DNA of 64,000 bases from Octopus vulgaris (GCA_951406725.2 OX597828.1:15686001-15750000), one strand, 5' to 3'; shown: positions 13,803 to 26,709, counted from the first letter of the stretch. Notes: generated by a model not told the origin, from the sequence alone. Made by a program: numbers and translations.

Positions 13803-13822
13803 CGACGATGATGATGATGATA
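13265..13822. repeat. (AAT)/(GAT)/(GAC)n arrays interrupted by a minus-strand SINE-B (about 13463-13684)
   Basis: Direct inspection; SINE-B core at about 13540-13620. Confidence 0.9.
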
Positions 13823-14322
13823 ATGTGACCTACTATATTTGCTCGTGTATGATTCAAGAAATTTAACATAAAAAAAAATAATGTTAAATTGTTAAGTCCT
13901 GTTGCAATCGAATGTTCGAAGAACAAAAAGAAAATAAACGCAACAACAAAAATTGTAAAAAAAACGAAGCCAGCGAAAGCAGTAGCCGCGAGACATCTAG
14001 CGACTAACGTATGCACTTCTTTACCGGCGGCTACAAAATATATTGTGTGGGTAGCGAAGACATCTGATGGCAATTGTGAATTCTATTAGTACGCTGGTGA
14101 TGGAGCGGTTCTCTTCTATAAGAGTAATTATTTGATTTAAAAGGTGAAACTTATAGTACTGACGTATGCTAGTTGTGAAAAATAGATTTAGTATATAGTC
14201 TTATAACGAAAGTATGGATGTGTAAAAGCGACGTATTGCTTACAGGGAAACATTTAGATGTATGACTATAGAATTTGCTGAAAACTCCAACCACTATTGC
14301 AGCCTCTAGGAAATTTGAGATT

Positions 14323-14525
14323 GTTAAGAGCAAGCAACATTAGGTAAAGGGGGAAGAACAAAGCTCATTGCAGGAAATGCTAAACAATGAACAGTCTCTG
14401 AGAAGAGAGCAGGTCTTTCTCTCTTATCCAGAACTGGAAAAAGAATTGACTGAATGCATAGAACATGATTGAAAATATGGATATATTCCAACGATATTGG
14501 ATTTAAGGATACAAGCAAAGAAACG
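14323..14525 (+). pseudogene. pogo/Tigger-type transposase relic (CENP-B-type HTH)
   Basis: From 14425 the frame reads YPELEKELTECIEHD*KYGYIPTILDLRIQAKK, matching the YPELExxLxxWIxxxRxxGxxxTxxxIRxxA pattern. Upstream ASNIR* resembles the end of the first HTH. Stops present. Confidence 0.6.
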
Positions 14526-15909
14526 GTAAAGCTAGAAGAATAGCTGGAGTTATTTGGAGAATTGCGTTATGCTCAGTAAATTATATGAAGTGAATTGACT
14601 ATAGAATACAGTGAAGTAAATGGAATCCATTGATTAAAGAACTATTGTCCCTTAACGGAGATAATAATTTCTTCATAATATTTAGTGAGATTAGAAGTTT
14701 TAAGTTTGAAATTAAAGAATCACAAGGAAAAATATGCATAGAATTCGCATACTGAATTTTCTTTTCCAAATATATTACATGTAGCCTCTTTTATTACTAA
14801 TTCATTCATAACTGATCCGGGATAACACGATACCTTCACTTGTGAATCATGTTACGCTTAGCGCTGATTGATCTGTGATAACGCTGGGTGGCAATCAGTC
14901 GAAAGTTCTGCTTGTACTACAGAATCGCGCCCCAGCGACCACCCACGATGCTCAGCTACCCAGAATGTAGTGATTGTCGCTTGTGGTAACATGACCGTGC
15001 TACAAGGCAGCATATATTTTTTTAATACGGATTTACGTACTTGTACCCATCAACATAGGATCAATGAACTGAAAATATGCAAAGGTACCTGACCCTAACA
15101 AACAGGAAAAGGTAGAGATGACCAAGAGAATGTATGACGACTTTGGGCAGTGAGTTTGTCGTCAATGAATCTAGCATCCATTCCATTTACAGTGCGTGGA
15201 GATGATACATTTACGGCCGATTCATTTATCACGATGTTTGTTGGGAACCAAACGCCCGTGATAAACGAGGATAGATGTACTAAATTATTTTAGCTACGAA
15301 AAATGGGGGAATCGAATTATATTCGACATAACATTGTATTCACAAAAATATGGTAGAATTATTTTATCCATCTCTAAGGATGATGGATTTTTTGCATAGC
15401 CTTGTGGTATTTTCAGGGCCAGATTAAGACCCATAGCAGCCTTAAGCACTTAGAAGATTTTGGTGCCCCCATATATATGTAATTCAAAGTATAAACAATG
15501 ATGAACCATACAATAAATTCTTGTTGTGCAAAATAAAACAAAACTAGCAGTAAAATGGAAAATAATGTTTATTTTTGTATACTTCCACTTTATTCATATT
15601 TGAAAAGTTTTCATAAACTTTTTATTATTTATTTTAATTGCAAAATCTTTGATCAGATCCTTGCCATGGATACTACGAACACTTCGAAATTATATCTCCA
15701 ATCATAAAAACCACTTCAAATATCATTTTAGAAAGTTTGAAGTGATTACTTTTGTACCGTGAACCGTTTACCATTTCTGTGGTACCCCCACGTGCTTATT
15801 TTGCTTAATAAGCCGGATATTTTCTTTTCTTTGTTCCTTACTTTCCGAATACCAAATCCTATCTGAAGAGAAATTTATTTTTTTTAATATTTCATGAATC
15901 AATAAAATT

Positions 15910-16064
15910 AGTGGCTGTGTGGTAAGTAGCTTACTTACCAACCATACGGTTCTGGGTTCAGTCCCACTGCGTGGCACCTTGGGCAAGTGTCTTCTACTAT
16001 AGCTCCGGGCCCACCAAAACCTTGTGAGTGGATTTGGTAGACGGAAACTGAAAGAAGCCCGTCG

Positions 16065-16146
<82 letters not shown>

Positions 16147-16353
16147 TGTGTGTGTGTTTGTCTCCCAACATCGCTTGACAATCGATGCTGATGCGTTTAC
16201 GTCCCCCGTAACTTAGCGGTTCGGCAAAAGCGACCGATAGAATAAGTACTAGGCTTACAAAGAATAAGTCCTGGGGTCGATTTGCTCGACTAAAGGCGGT
16301 GCTCCAGCATGGCCACAGTCAAATGACTGAAATAAGCTAAAGAGTAAAAGAGT
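15910..16353 (+). mobile_element. SINE-A
   Basis: Head, (TA)(TG) spacer, body and tail match other copies. Confidence 0.9.
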
Positions 16354-16784
16354 TAAATAATGAGGACGATATAAACCTTTGTTCTTTAGTCTTATCATCT
16401 TTCCAACCTTATGGTCGCTGAAATGGCACACGTGTAGTTATGATTCTCAACGTCCTAAATTCAAACGTCATCGTGATCGATTTTCGCCTTCTTTTCTTTC
16501 TGAGATCGATGAAGTAGATTACCTGTCAAGGACTGACGTCAATTTAATCAGAACATAAAAAATCCAGAAAGAAAAAGGATATAACTAAATAACACAAGAT
16601 ATTTGGTTTGACGTTCTACCGATTCGTATATGTACCAACTCCATAATGGAAGCAATTTCTGTAAGGACAGGCTTACTGCCAATCATTATTGGTGCAAATT
16701 TTATTGATCCCTGAAGGAATAAGAAGCGAAGTCAAACTTAGCAAGGTCTATGCAAAATGTTGAGTCTAAATATTTATCTTCAAA

Positions 16785-17214
16785 TTTCGGCACAAGGCCA
16801 GCAATTCCGGGTAGGGAGTAAGTCGTTTGCATCGATCCCACTGCTCAACTGGTACTTATTTTATCAACCCCGAAAGAATGAAAGGCGAAGTTGACTTCGG
16901 TGGGCTTTGAACCCAGGACGTAAGTACGAAGAAATGCCGCTAAGCACTGTGTCGGCGTGGTAGCGATTCTGCCAGCTCGCACCGTTATTGAGTCTAAATA
17001 GTGGTTTCAAATTTTGGCACAAGGCCGGCAGTTTTGGGGGAAGGGTTAAGTTGAATACATGTATCCCAGTGCTCAACTGGTATTCATTTTTCCGACCCCG
17101 AAAGTATGAAAGGCAAAGTCAACTTCGGTGATGTACGAACTCAGAACGTAAAATTGGAAGAAATGCCGCTAATCATTTTGCTGGCACGGTAACGATTTTG
17201 CTATCTCGCCGCCT
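16785..17214 (-). mobile_element. Two tandem older SINE-B copies with the alternative 3' tail
   Basis: Two SINE-B cores, each ending (in sense) in ggccttgtgcc(a/g)aaatttgaa. Confidence 0.8.
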
Positions 17215-17489
17215 TGCTGAATCTAAATATTGAAAGAATTTACTCGATTTAATCTCAAACTGGAGACTGTGGATCCCTGGGGGTTCACAAAGGTAGTACT
17301 GGGGATCTGGGATCTGTGTTTAAAATCGTAAATGACAGCAGCGCAAAATGTATAATTAGTCATTTACATATATCTTTTATTGAGAAATGAAACGAAAAGA
17401 ACGAGTTAGCCGTTAGTTAATACAATCTGGTTATTGAGTTGACGAACCTTTCAAAATTCTGGAGTCCATGGGAAAAACTTATTTACGCA

Positions 17490-17989
17490 GGCGCAGGTGA
17501 GGCTGTGTGATAAGAAGTTTGCTTCCCAACCACATAGTTCCGGGTTCAGTCCCACTGCATGGCGTCTTGGGCAAGTGTCTTCTACTATAATCTCGAACCG
17601 GCCAAAGCCTTGTGAAAGGAATTTGGTTAATTCGAAAGTGTGTGTGTCGTGTGTGTGTGTTTGTTTGTGTGTGTGTGTATGTATGTATGTATGTATGTAT
17701 GTATGTATGTATGTATGTATGTATGTATGTATGTATGTATGTATGTATGTATGTATGTATGTATGCGTGTGTTTGTATTTATGTTGTCCTCACACCGCTT
17801 GACAACCTCTGCTGGTGTGCTTATGTCCCTCTAACTTAGCGGTTCGGCAATAGAATCCGATAAAATATGTACGTAGCTTAAAAAAAAAAGAAGAAACATA
17901 AGTACTGGGGGGGTCGATTCATTCTTCTAAAAATTCTTCGGGTCGGTGCCCCAGCATGGCCGCAGTCTAATGACGGTAATAAGTAAAAG
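17490..17989 (+). mobile_element. SINE-A, older diverged copy
   Basis: Diverged head, (GTAT)n spacer and 3' body. Confidence 0.8.
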
Positions 17990-18419
17990 CCAAAATATAT
18001 TAAAAAAACGGTTTTTGGTAGTGGAAAGGATGGGAATCATTAGTCTTATTGTTTCCTCTAAATTTATGGTACTTCATGTATCTTACAAATCATTCGTTTA
18101 TTAACGTACGCACAACACCACAGGTGTAAGGAAAGAGTAGAGAGGTCGCCATCAATTTAGCCAAATTACCAACTCAAATATCGAAATTGCCTTCCACACT
18201 TGCGAAGGTCGATAAAAACGTTGTACCAATGGTAAATATACCGTGATCGATTTAATTAACTACATCCCACCCTTTCGAAAATTGTCTTCATGTCTATGTA
18301 AAGAAATCAATACCAATTATGTCGAACTAGCCTAATCCTCCGGAATTGTCCATCCTCTCGGCTCTAAAATTATGGATAAAATGCTTTCTTTTTCGAGGTA
18401 ATCAATAAAAAGAGTTTCT

Positions 18420-19330
18420 GTTTAACACACTTTTCACATTTCATTGAACGACATTTCACTGTTCACAGTTCATTCTTCAAAACGATTCCATTCACATGTT
18501 CATTCTACATTTCACAGTTTACAATTTAGTGAACAATGACAATTTACTGGTTGACGACACTTTAATGTTCACGGTTCGTTTTCGAATAGTTACTTGTCCA
18601 TTAGTTAACTAAGCAATACTTCACTGTTTAACGACTCTTTAATGTTCACGGTTTCTTTTGAAATAATTACATATTCGCTGTTCACAGTTCATTCTTCAAA
18701 ACGATTCTATTCACATGTTCATTCTACATTTCACAGTTTACAATTTAGTGAACAATGACAATTTACTGGTTGACAACACTTTAATGTTCACGGTTCGTTT
18801 TGGAATAGTTACTTGTCCATTAGTTAACTAAGCAATACTTTACTGTTTAACGACTCCTTAATGTTCACGGTTTCTTTTGAAATAATTACATATTCATAGT
18901 TAATTAAGCAAAACTGAAACTGTTCACGTTTTATTTTGTAACAGTTTAAATTTCATAATTTATTGAACAACATCCTATTGCTTAAGAAAACTTTATTTAG
19001 AAACTTATACACGTTCATAGGTAATAAAGCAATACTTAAGTGTTTAAAAACACTTTAATGTTCCGAGTTTATTTTGAAATAATTACGTTTTCATAGTTGA
19101 TTAAACACTACTTTACTGTTAAGCGACACTTTAATGTACATTTTCTAATAGTTTAATCTTCACAATTAAATTGACAAAACAATTTACTTTTTAACGACAT
19201 TTTACTGTTCACAGTTCACTAAACAACATTTTCATGTTTAACAACATTTTTATGATCACTTCTCATTCTACAACAATTTATTGTTCATAGTCCACTGAAC
19301 AGCATTTTTACAATTCAAAGACATTTCTTA
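18420..19330. repeat. Degenerate AT-rich minisatellite containing a recent 219-bp tandem duplication
   Basis: 18459-18677 and 18678-18895 are nearly identical; sub-motifs tgttcacagttcat and cactttaatgttcacgg recur throughout. Confidence 0.8.
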
Positions 19331-19455
19331 AAACTCTTCCTGTTTATTTGTCTTCTATAGTGAGTTGCAAACCCGTCTTTGGTTTCCAGTTGGCAACAGT
19401 TTTTCTATGAGAAGTGAGTAGGTAATAAACCTCTTCGTTCAATTCTTTCTCCCAT

Positions 19456-19685
19456 TTACTCTTTTACTCTTTTACTTGTTTCAGTCATTTGACTGTGGCC
19501 ATACTGGAGCACCGCATTTAGTAGAGCAAATCGACCCCAGGACTTATTCTTTGTAAGCCTAGTACTTATTCTATCGGTCTCTTTTGCCGAACCGCTAAGT
19601 TACGGTGACGTAAACACACCGGCATCGGTTGTCAAGCGATGTTGAGGGGACAAACACAGACACACAAACACACGCACATGCACAC

Positions 19686-19772
<87 letters not shown>

Positions 19773-19928
19773 CGACGGGCTTCTTTCAGATTACGTCTAC
19801 CAAATCCACTCACAAAGCTTTGGTCGGCCCGAGGCTATAGTAGAAGACACTCGCCCAAGGTGCCACGCAGTCGGACTGAACCCAGAACCATGTGGTTGGT
19901 AAACAAGTTACCTACCACACAGCTACTC
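19456..19928 (-). mobile_element. SINE-A
   Basis: Near full-length reverse copy with a (CA)n spacer. Confidence 0.9.
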
Positions 19929-20046
19929 AAGGAAAGTTGTGAATGATCTCGGACGATCCTTTCCACAGTGGGAGAGAAAGAATATGACTGTCAATTGTAA
20001 ACAGTTTACTGAAAACAATGAAAATGTTGAACACTGCGAAAATAAT

Positions 20047-20452
20047 GAGCGACTGCGTGGTAAGTAGCTTGCTTACCAACCACATGGTTCCGGGTTCAGT
20101 ACCACTGCGTGGCACCTTGGACAAGTGACTTCTACTATAGCCTCGGGCCAACCAAAGCCTTGTGAGTGGATTTGGTAGATGGAAACTGAAGGAAGTGCGT
20201 TGTATATATGTATATACATATATTTTTATGTGTGTGTATATGTTTGTTTGTCTGTGTTTGTCTCCCCAACATCACTTGACAACCGATGCTGATGTGTTTA
20301 CGTCCCCGCAACTTAGCGGTTCGGCAAAAGAAACCGATAGAATAAGTACTAGGCTTACAAAGAATAAGTCCTGGGGTCGATTTTTTCGACTAAAGGCGGT
20401 GCCCCAGCATGGCCGCAGTCAAATGACTGAAACAAGTAAAAGAGTAAAGAGA
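20047..20452 (+). mobile_element. SINE-A, head-to-head with the previous copy
   Basis: Near full-length forward copy. Confidence 0.9.
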
Positions 20453-21658
20453 ATTACTGTGAACAGGTTCCAGACGACCTTGCCCATTGAGTAACGTAGC
20501 AGAGAGAGGGAGAGAGAAGGGGGAGAGAGAAGACTCGATCCCTGTACTTCATTGGTACTTTATCATCTCTAGTAGGGTAAAAGGCGCAGTTGAGCTCGGT
20601 CGAATTTTTGTTTTTAGCAAAAATATGAGAAATATTATTCTCTATTTGAAATATGAAAATTTAGAAGTTACGTGAAATGCGTAGACAGACGTGAACGAAC
20701 CATTCGTACACGCCCTCCCTGTCTCTTATACGAGTGCGTTGTCTACTCGTAGTTTGTTGTTCAAATTTCAGCTCGCTAAGCGAATAGACTCCCAGTCCAC
20801 TTACACACGTTCGTAGTCTGCTCGAGGTTCGTTGATCAAATTTCAGCTCGTTATGTGAGTTTAGTTGTCTTCGGAGAAACTATTCGTTAATCAGTTTGAT
20901 CGGTTAGAGAACCGTTCGTATATGGGTATCCAATTGTAATTACAACTAACAGTGAAAAGCCCAGCTATATTAGCAGTTTACTTTTCACATACAAATGAAC
21001 TGTTTACTATCCCTACGTGTAGTTCAGTTCATTTACTCAGTAAACGTCCACAGTTCGTCTGCTAACAGTTAACTGTCTGATTGTTAAATTAGGGCCGGTT
21101 TATTTTATGCAGTTCATATTTGTTAACGGCTGGCTGTTAACAGTTGACTGTTAATAGTCTAATAGAGCACCTCTACACAATATACGCAGTGCTGTTTACT
21201 CTGTCTTTATTCTTTTATTGTTATTCAAGCAGTATTCTCTCTTGTGATCAGGAATATCGATTTCTTAACTTTAAAACATAGAGACAGAATGCTTGAATGG
21301 ACAAGATATTGAACTATCAGCCTATTTCGCCAATGATTTCAAATCATGTATGGTCTTTCCGTTATGTTTCTGGACAAGGAGAAAGACAGAGAGGAAGGAA
21401 GGATAGAGACTGATAGAGAGACGAAGAGAGTGAGGGAGAGGGAGAAAGGGAGAGAGAGAGGGGGGAGACAGCAAAAGAGAGAGAGACAGACAGACAGAGA
21501 AAAACAAAGAAAATAGTGAGAGTGAATGAGAAAGAGTGAATGAGAGGGAGAGAGTGGATGGGAGTGCGAAAGAAACAGAAAGCGAGTGTGTGTGTGTCTA
21601 CCTGTGTGTGTGTGTGTCTATCTTCGTGTGTGTCTATCTGCGTGTGTGTGTGTCTATT

Positions 21659-21692
<34 letters not shown>

Positions 21693-21854
21693 TGTGTGTG
21701 CCTATCCGTTTTTGCGTGTGTGTGTGATTGCTTCTTGAATCGAATTTCCAATTTCTAAGTATAAACATGGTTGTTTGAGAAGATGAAGATAGTTGAATAC
21801 GCGACAAGCAGACGGATTCGTTACTGCTAAGTTACAATAGCTAAACTGATTGTG

Positions 21855-22385
21855 AAGATGTGTTTGTGACCGAGAGAAGCCAAGATGCCGTTGTTATAGA
21901 TGACATCAGAGGTTTGTGACTATGCTAAAAACCGAAACATTTGTGTCTGTGACAGAAGCCGAGATATTTGGTGACGATGACAGAACCGAAGACATTTGTG
22001 ACTGTACTACAAGCCGAGACATTTGTTACTGTGATAGAATCTAAGACGCTTGTGATTGTGATAGAAGTCGTGGTATTGTTTGTAACTGTAACCGAACTGA
22101 AGACGTTTGCAGCTGTGACAGAAGCTAAGACGTTTGTGACTGTGATGGAAACTGAGATATATTTGTGGTTGTGATAGAAGCTGTAATGTGTTTGTCACTG
22201 CGCCATAGAAGGTCAGACGTAATTATGACATAACCAAAGACGTTTATGTTTGTGATAGAAGCCGTAGCGTTTGTAACTGTAGATTATGATAGAAGCAATC
22301 ATGAATAACTTTTATAGAAAATTGAGAAAGTTGCAACTGTGATTCGAACTGAAAAAGCTTAAGAGAGAGAGATCTGTGACTGTCG
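21855..22385. repeat. Degenerate 27-bp minisatellite
   Basis: Unit approximately tttgtgactgtgatagaagccgagaca; similar units reappear at about 25445-25600. Confidence 0.75.
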
Positions 22386-22816
22386 TAAAAATAAAAATAA
22401 AATCCCTGAAACAGGTTTGATGCGGCGAGGGAAACCCTGCGTTCCTCTGAAGGAACCCGTTCTACAAGAAATACAGACAGATTTTCTTTCAAAACACACC
22501 ATATCGCTTTATTCAAAACAAAAGGTACGTATTAGGTAGTTGAGTCCCTAGATGTACGTATACTCTTTTAACGTTTTAACTTGTTTCAGTCATTTGACTG
22601 CGGCCATGCTGGAGCACCGCCTTTAGTCGAGCAAATCGACCTCCAGGACTTATTCTTTGCAAGCCTAGTACTTATTCTATCGGTCTGTTTTGCCGAACCG
22701 TTAAGTTACGGGGGTGTAAACACACCAGCATCGGTTGTCAAGCGATGTTGGGGGGACAAACACAGACACACAAACATATACACACACATATATATATACA
22801 TACATACATACATACA

Positions 22817-22842
<26 letters not shown>

Positions 22843-22848
<6 letters not shown>

Positions 22849-25075
22849 ATTTTTTTAATAAATAAAATATATGCATACATACACACATATATGTACGTAC
22901 CTACATCTATATGTATATATACATGCATATATATTTATATATATGAGTACAGGACACCACAAATAAACGTAACGAAAACATAAAAACAAACTAGGAAACG
23001 GACTTTTTTTAACAACGAATAAACAGTACAAGACAAACAATACATCCTTGTATTGTTTGTCTTGTACTCTGTTTTTTCGTTGTTAAAAAAAGTCCGTTTC
23101 CTAGTTTGTTTTGTCTTGTACTCTGTTTTTTCGTTGTTAAAAAAAGTCTGTTTCCTAGTTTGTTTTATCTTGTACTCTGTTTTTTCGTTGTTAAAAAAAG
23201 TCTGTTTCCTAGTTTGTTTTGTCTTGTACTCTGTTTTTTCGTTGTTAAAAAAAGTCCGTTTCCTAGTTTGTTTTGTCTTGTACTCTGTTTTTTCGTTGTT
23301 AAAAAAAGTCTGTTTCCTAGTTTGTTTTGTCTTGTACTCTGTTTTTTCGTTGTTAAAAAAAGTCTGTTTCCTAGTTTGTTTTGTCTTGTACTCTGTTTTT
23401 TCGTTGTTAAAAAAAGTCTGTTTCCTAGTTTGTTTTGTCTTGTACTCTGTTTTTTCGTTGTTAAAAAAAGTCTGTTTCCTAGTTTGTTTTGTCTTGTACT
23501 CTGTTTTTTCGTTGTTAAAAAAGTCCGTTTCCTAGTTTGTTTTGTCTTGTACTCTGTTTTTTCGTTGTTAAAAAAAGTCCGTTTCCTAGTTTGTTTTGTC
23601 TTGTACTCTGTTTTTTCGTTGTTAAAAAAGTCCGTTTCCTAGTTTGTTTTGTCTTGTACTCTGTTTTTTCGTTGTTAAAAAAAGTCCGTTTCCTAGTTTG
23701 TTTTGTCTTGTACTCTGTTTTTTCGTTGTTAAAAAAAGTCCGTTTCCTAGTTTGTTTTGTCTTGTACTCTGTTTTTTCGTTGTTAAAAAAAGTCCGTTTC
23801 CTAGTTTGTTTTGTCTTGTACTCTGTTTTTTCGTTGTTAAAAAAAGTCTGTTTCCTAGTTTGTTTTGTCTTGTACTCTGTTTTTTCGTTGTTAAAAAAAG
23901 TCTGTTTCCTAGTTTGTTTTGTCTTGTACTCTGTTTTTTCGTTGTTAAAAAAAGTCTGTTTCCTAGTTTGTTTTGTCTTGTACTCTGTTTTTTCGTTGTT
24001 AAAAAAAGTCTGTTTCCTAGTTTGTTTTGTCTTGTACTCTGTTTTTTCGTTGTTAAAAAAAGTCCGTTTCCTAGTTTGTTTTGTCTTGTACTCTGTTTTT
24101 TCGTTGTTAAAAAAAGTCCGTTTCCTAGTTTGTTTTGTCTTGTACTCTGTTTTTTCGTTGTTAAAAAAAGTCTGTTTCCTAGTTTGTTTTGTCTTGTACT
24201 CTGTTTTTTCGTTGTTAAAAAAGTCCGTTTCCTAGTTTGTTTTGTCTTGTACTCTGTTTTTTCGTTGTTAAAAAAAGTCCGTTTCCTAGTTTGTTTTGTC
24301 TTGTACTCTGTTTTTTCGTTGTTAAAAAAGTCTGTTTCCTAGTTTGTTTTGTCTTGTACTCTGTTTTTTCGTTGTTAAAAAAAGTCTGTTTCCTAGTTTG
24401 TTTTGTCTTGTACTCTGTTTTTTCGTTGTTAAAAAAAGTCTGTTTCCTAGTTTGTTTTGTCTTGTACTCTGTTTTTTCGTTGTTAAAAAAAGTCCGTTTC
24501 CTAGTTTGTTTTGTCTTGTACTCTGTTTTTTCGTTGTTAAAAAAGTCCGTTTCCTAGTTTGTTTTGTCTTGTACTCTGTTTTTTCGTTGTTAAAAAAAGT
24601 CCGTTTCCTAGTTTGTTTTGTCTTGTACTCTGTTTTTTCGTTGTTAAAAAAGTCCGTTTCCTAGTTTGTTTTGTCTTGTACTCTGTTTTTTCGTTGTTAA
24701 AAAAAGTCTGTTTCCTAGTTTGTTTTGTCTTGTACTCTGTTTTTTCGTTGTTAAAAAAAGTCCGTTTCCTAGTTTGTTTTGTCTTGTACTCTGTTTTTTC
24801 GTTGTTAAAAAAAGTCTGTTTCCTAGTTTGTTTTGTCTTGTACTCTGTTTTTTCGTTGTTAAAAAAAGTCTGTTTCCTAGTTTGTTTTTATGTTTTCGTT
24901 ACGTTTATTTGTGGTGTCCTGTACTCATATATATATATATATATATATATGCATGTATATATACATATAGATGTAGGTACGTACATGTGTGTATGTATGC
25001 ATATATTTTATTTATTAAATTATTATATGACTGAGCGCCCTCGCGTCGTTTCGTTTCTTTTCTCCAAGTAAGTTT
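22843..25075. mobile_element. Foldback (inverted pseudo-LTR-like) element with an amplified arm
   Basis: Left arm about 22843-23044 is the reverse complement of the right arm (23049-25029 once the array is collapsed to one unit); 4-nt loop TCCT at 23045-23048. The right arm resembles 35440-35740 (tgtcctgta..catatat ... tccaagtaagtttat). Confidence 0.8.
23056..24885. repeat. Homogeneous 54-bp tandem array, about 34 copies
   Basis: Unit ttgtcttgtactctgttttttcgttgttaaaaaaagtcYgtttcctagtttgtt. Variation is almost limited to C/T at one CpG and A6/A7 length; no spacers. Confidence 0.97.
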
Positions 25076-25350
25076 ATATATATATATATATATACACATA
25101 CATACGACGGGGTTCTTTCAGTTTCCGTCTACCATTTCCATCACAGGGCTTTGGTCGGCCCAAGACTATAGTAGAAGACACTTGCTCAAGGTGCCACGCA
25201 GTGGGAATGAATCTGGAACCATGTGGTTGGTAAGCAAGCTACTTACCACACAGCGCCCCCACCAAAAACAAAAAAGAGAAAACAAAAAGGATGGCGATGG
25301 CTTGAACGCATTTTATCACAGTTCAAATAATTTGGGGGATAAGCAAAACC

Positions 25351-25395
<45 letters not shown>

Positions 25396-25911
25396 AGCAA
25401 CAACAACAACAAAAACAACAACAACAACAGCAGCAGCAGCAGTATTTGTGACTTTAATATGACTAAAATATGCTTATGACTATGTCACCGAATAGAGTCG
25501 TTTGCGACAATGACAAAATCTGAAAAAGTGTATGACTGTTTTCAGAAGCTAGAAACAAGTGTGATTGTGACAAAGATAAAAATATTATCGAGTTTGAGAA
25601 AAGCATAAAGCATTAACAAACCGCGTGAAGAGAGAGAGAGAGAAAAAAAAAAGAGAAAGTTACGGCACGTTATCAACCACGTGCGCAAAAAAAGAGCTTA
25701 AAACAACATTATTAGCAACCGTGAAATAAAAAATTTACATTATTAACCACGTGAGCCGCGCGAAACAGCTTAAAAACCATTAGCAGCAGCTTTGAGAAAT
25801 AAAAAGTTTACAAAACAAAACAAAATATTCTTATTGAGACTATCGCAAAATCTAAAACCATTTGCAATGTAAAACTATTGCAAACGTTAAAAAAACATTC
25901 GCAACCATCAA

Positions 25912-25942
<31 letters not shown>

Positions 25943-26299
25943 AAAAACACTAAAAGTCAGTCGAAAAATATTGCATCTATTTATTACAAGTGTTTAAAAA
26001 TATTTGCAAACGTTACGAGAGCTGATAAAAAAAAGAAAAACAGACAAACAAAAAAAGGAACGGCGACTGTGACAAAAGCAAAAAAATAAATAGCTGCAAC
26101 TGTGACAAAATTGTTCGACGCCCTTAATTCTATGCTTAACCAAGCATGCTACAATGATCAACAAAGTGCATTGCTTTTTTTTTTCTTCTTCTTCTTTTTC
26201 ATCTATTGAACAAAATATGTATTTTTTCATGAGATGGAAAGAGTTATTTCTGAAGTTGTTTTCGACGCCGAGACCAAAGCTATCTCTCTTTCTCTTTCT

Positions 26300-26493
26300 C
26301 TTTTTTACTTGTTTCAGTCATTTGACTGCGGCCATGCTGGAGCACCGCCTTTAGTCGAGCAAATCGACCCCGGGACTTATTCTTTGTAAGCCCAGTACTT
26401 ATTCTATCGGTCTGTTTTGCCGAACCGCTAAGTGACGGGGACGTAAACACACCAGCATCGGTTGTCAAGCAATGCTAGGGGGACAAACACAGA
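26300..26493 (-). mobile_element. SINE-A 3' half
   Basis: Matches the consensus from the tail up to the spacer. Confidence 0.85.
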
Positions 26494-26666
26494 CTTCCTT
26501 TTTTTTTCCCGAGCATGTCCGTCTAATTTTTGAAACATGACAGATTTAATAAATTTCCCCCTGTGTATTGATTAACGTTCGGAACAAAATTGTATACATA
26601 CATACATACATACATACATACATACATACATACATACATACATACAGACATACACACATACATACA

Positions 26667-26702
<36 letters not shown>

Positions 26703-26709
26703 TATATAT

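Larger units (their letters stand above)
22562..25255 (-). mobile_element. SINE-A split in two (3' half about 22562-22842, 5' half about 25085-25255) by an insertion in its microsatellite spacer
   Basis: The two halves are complementary parts of the consensus, in the same orientation and order. Confidence 0.85.

Noticed and set aside
13889-14089. Lys/Ala-rich ORF resembling a histone H1 tail
   Set aside because: Lysines derive from A-runs; no globular domain, and the start codon is not ATG.
23056-24885. 54-bp array as a CRISPR array or as repeat-protein ORFs of up to 232 aa
   Set aside because: Units are contiguous with no unique spacers, there are no cas genes and the context is eukaryotic. 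The ORFs arise because 54 is a multiple of 3, and they shift frame at each 53-bp unit.
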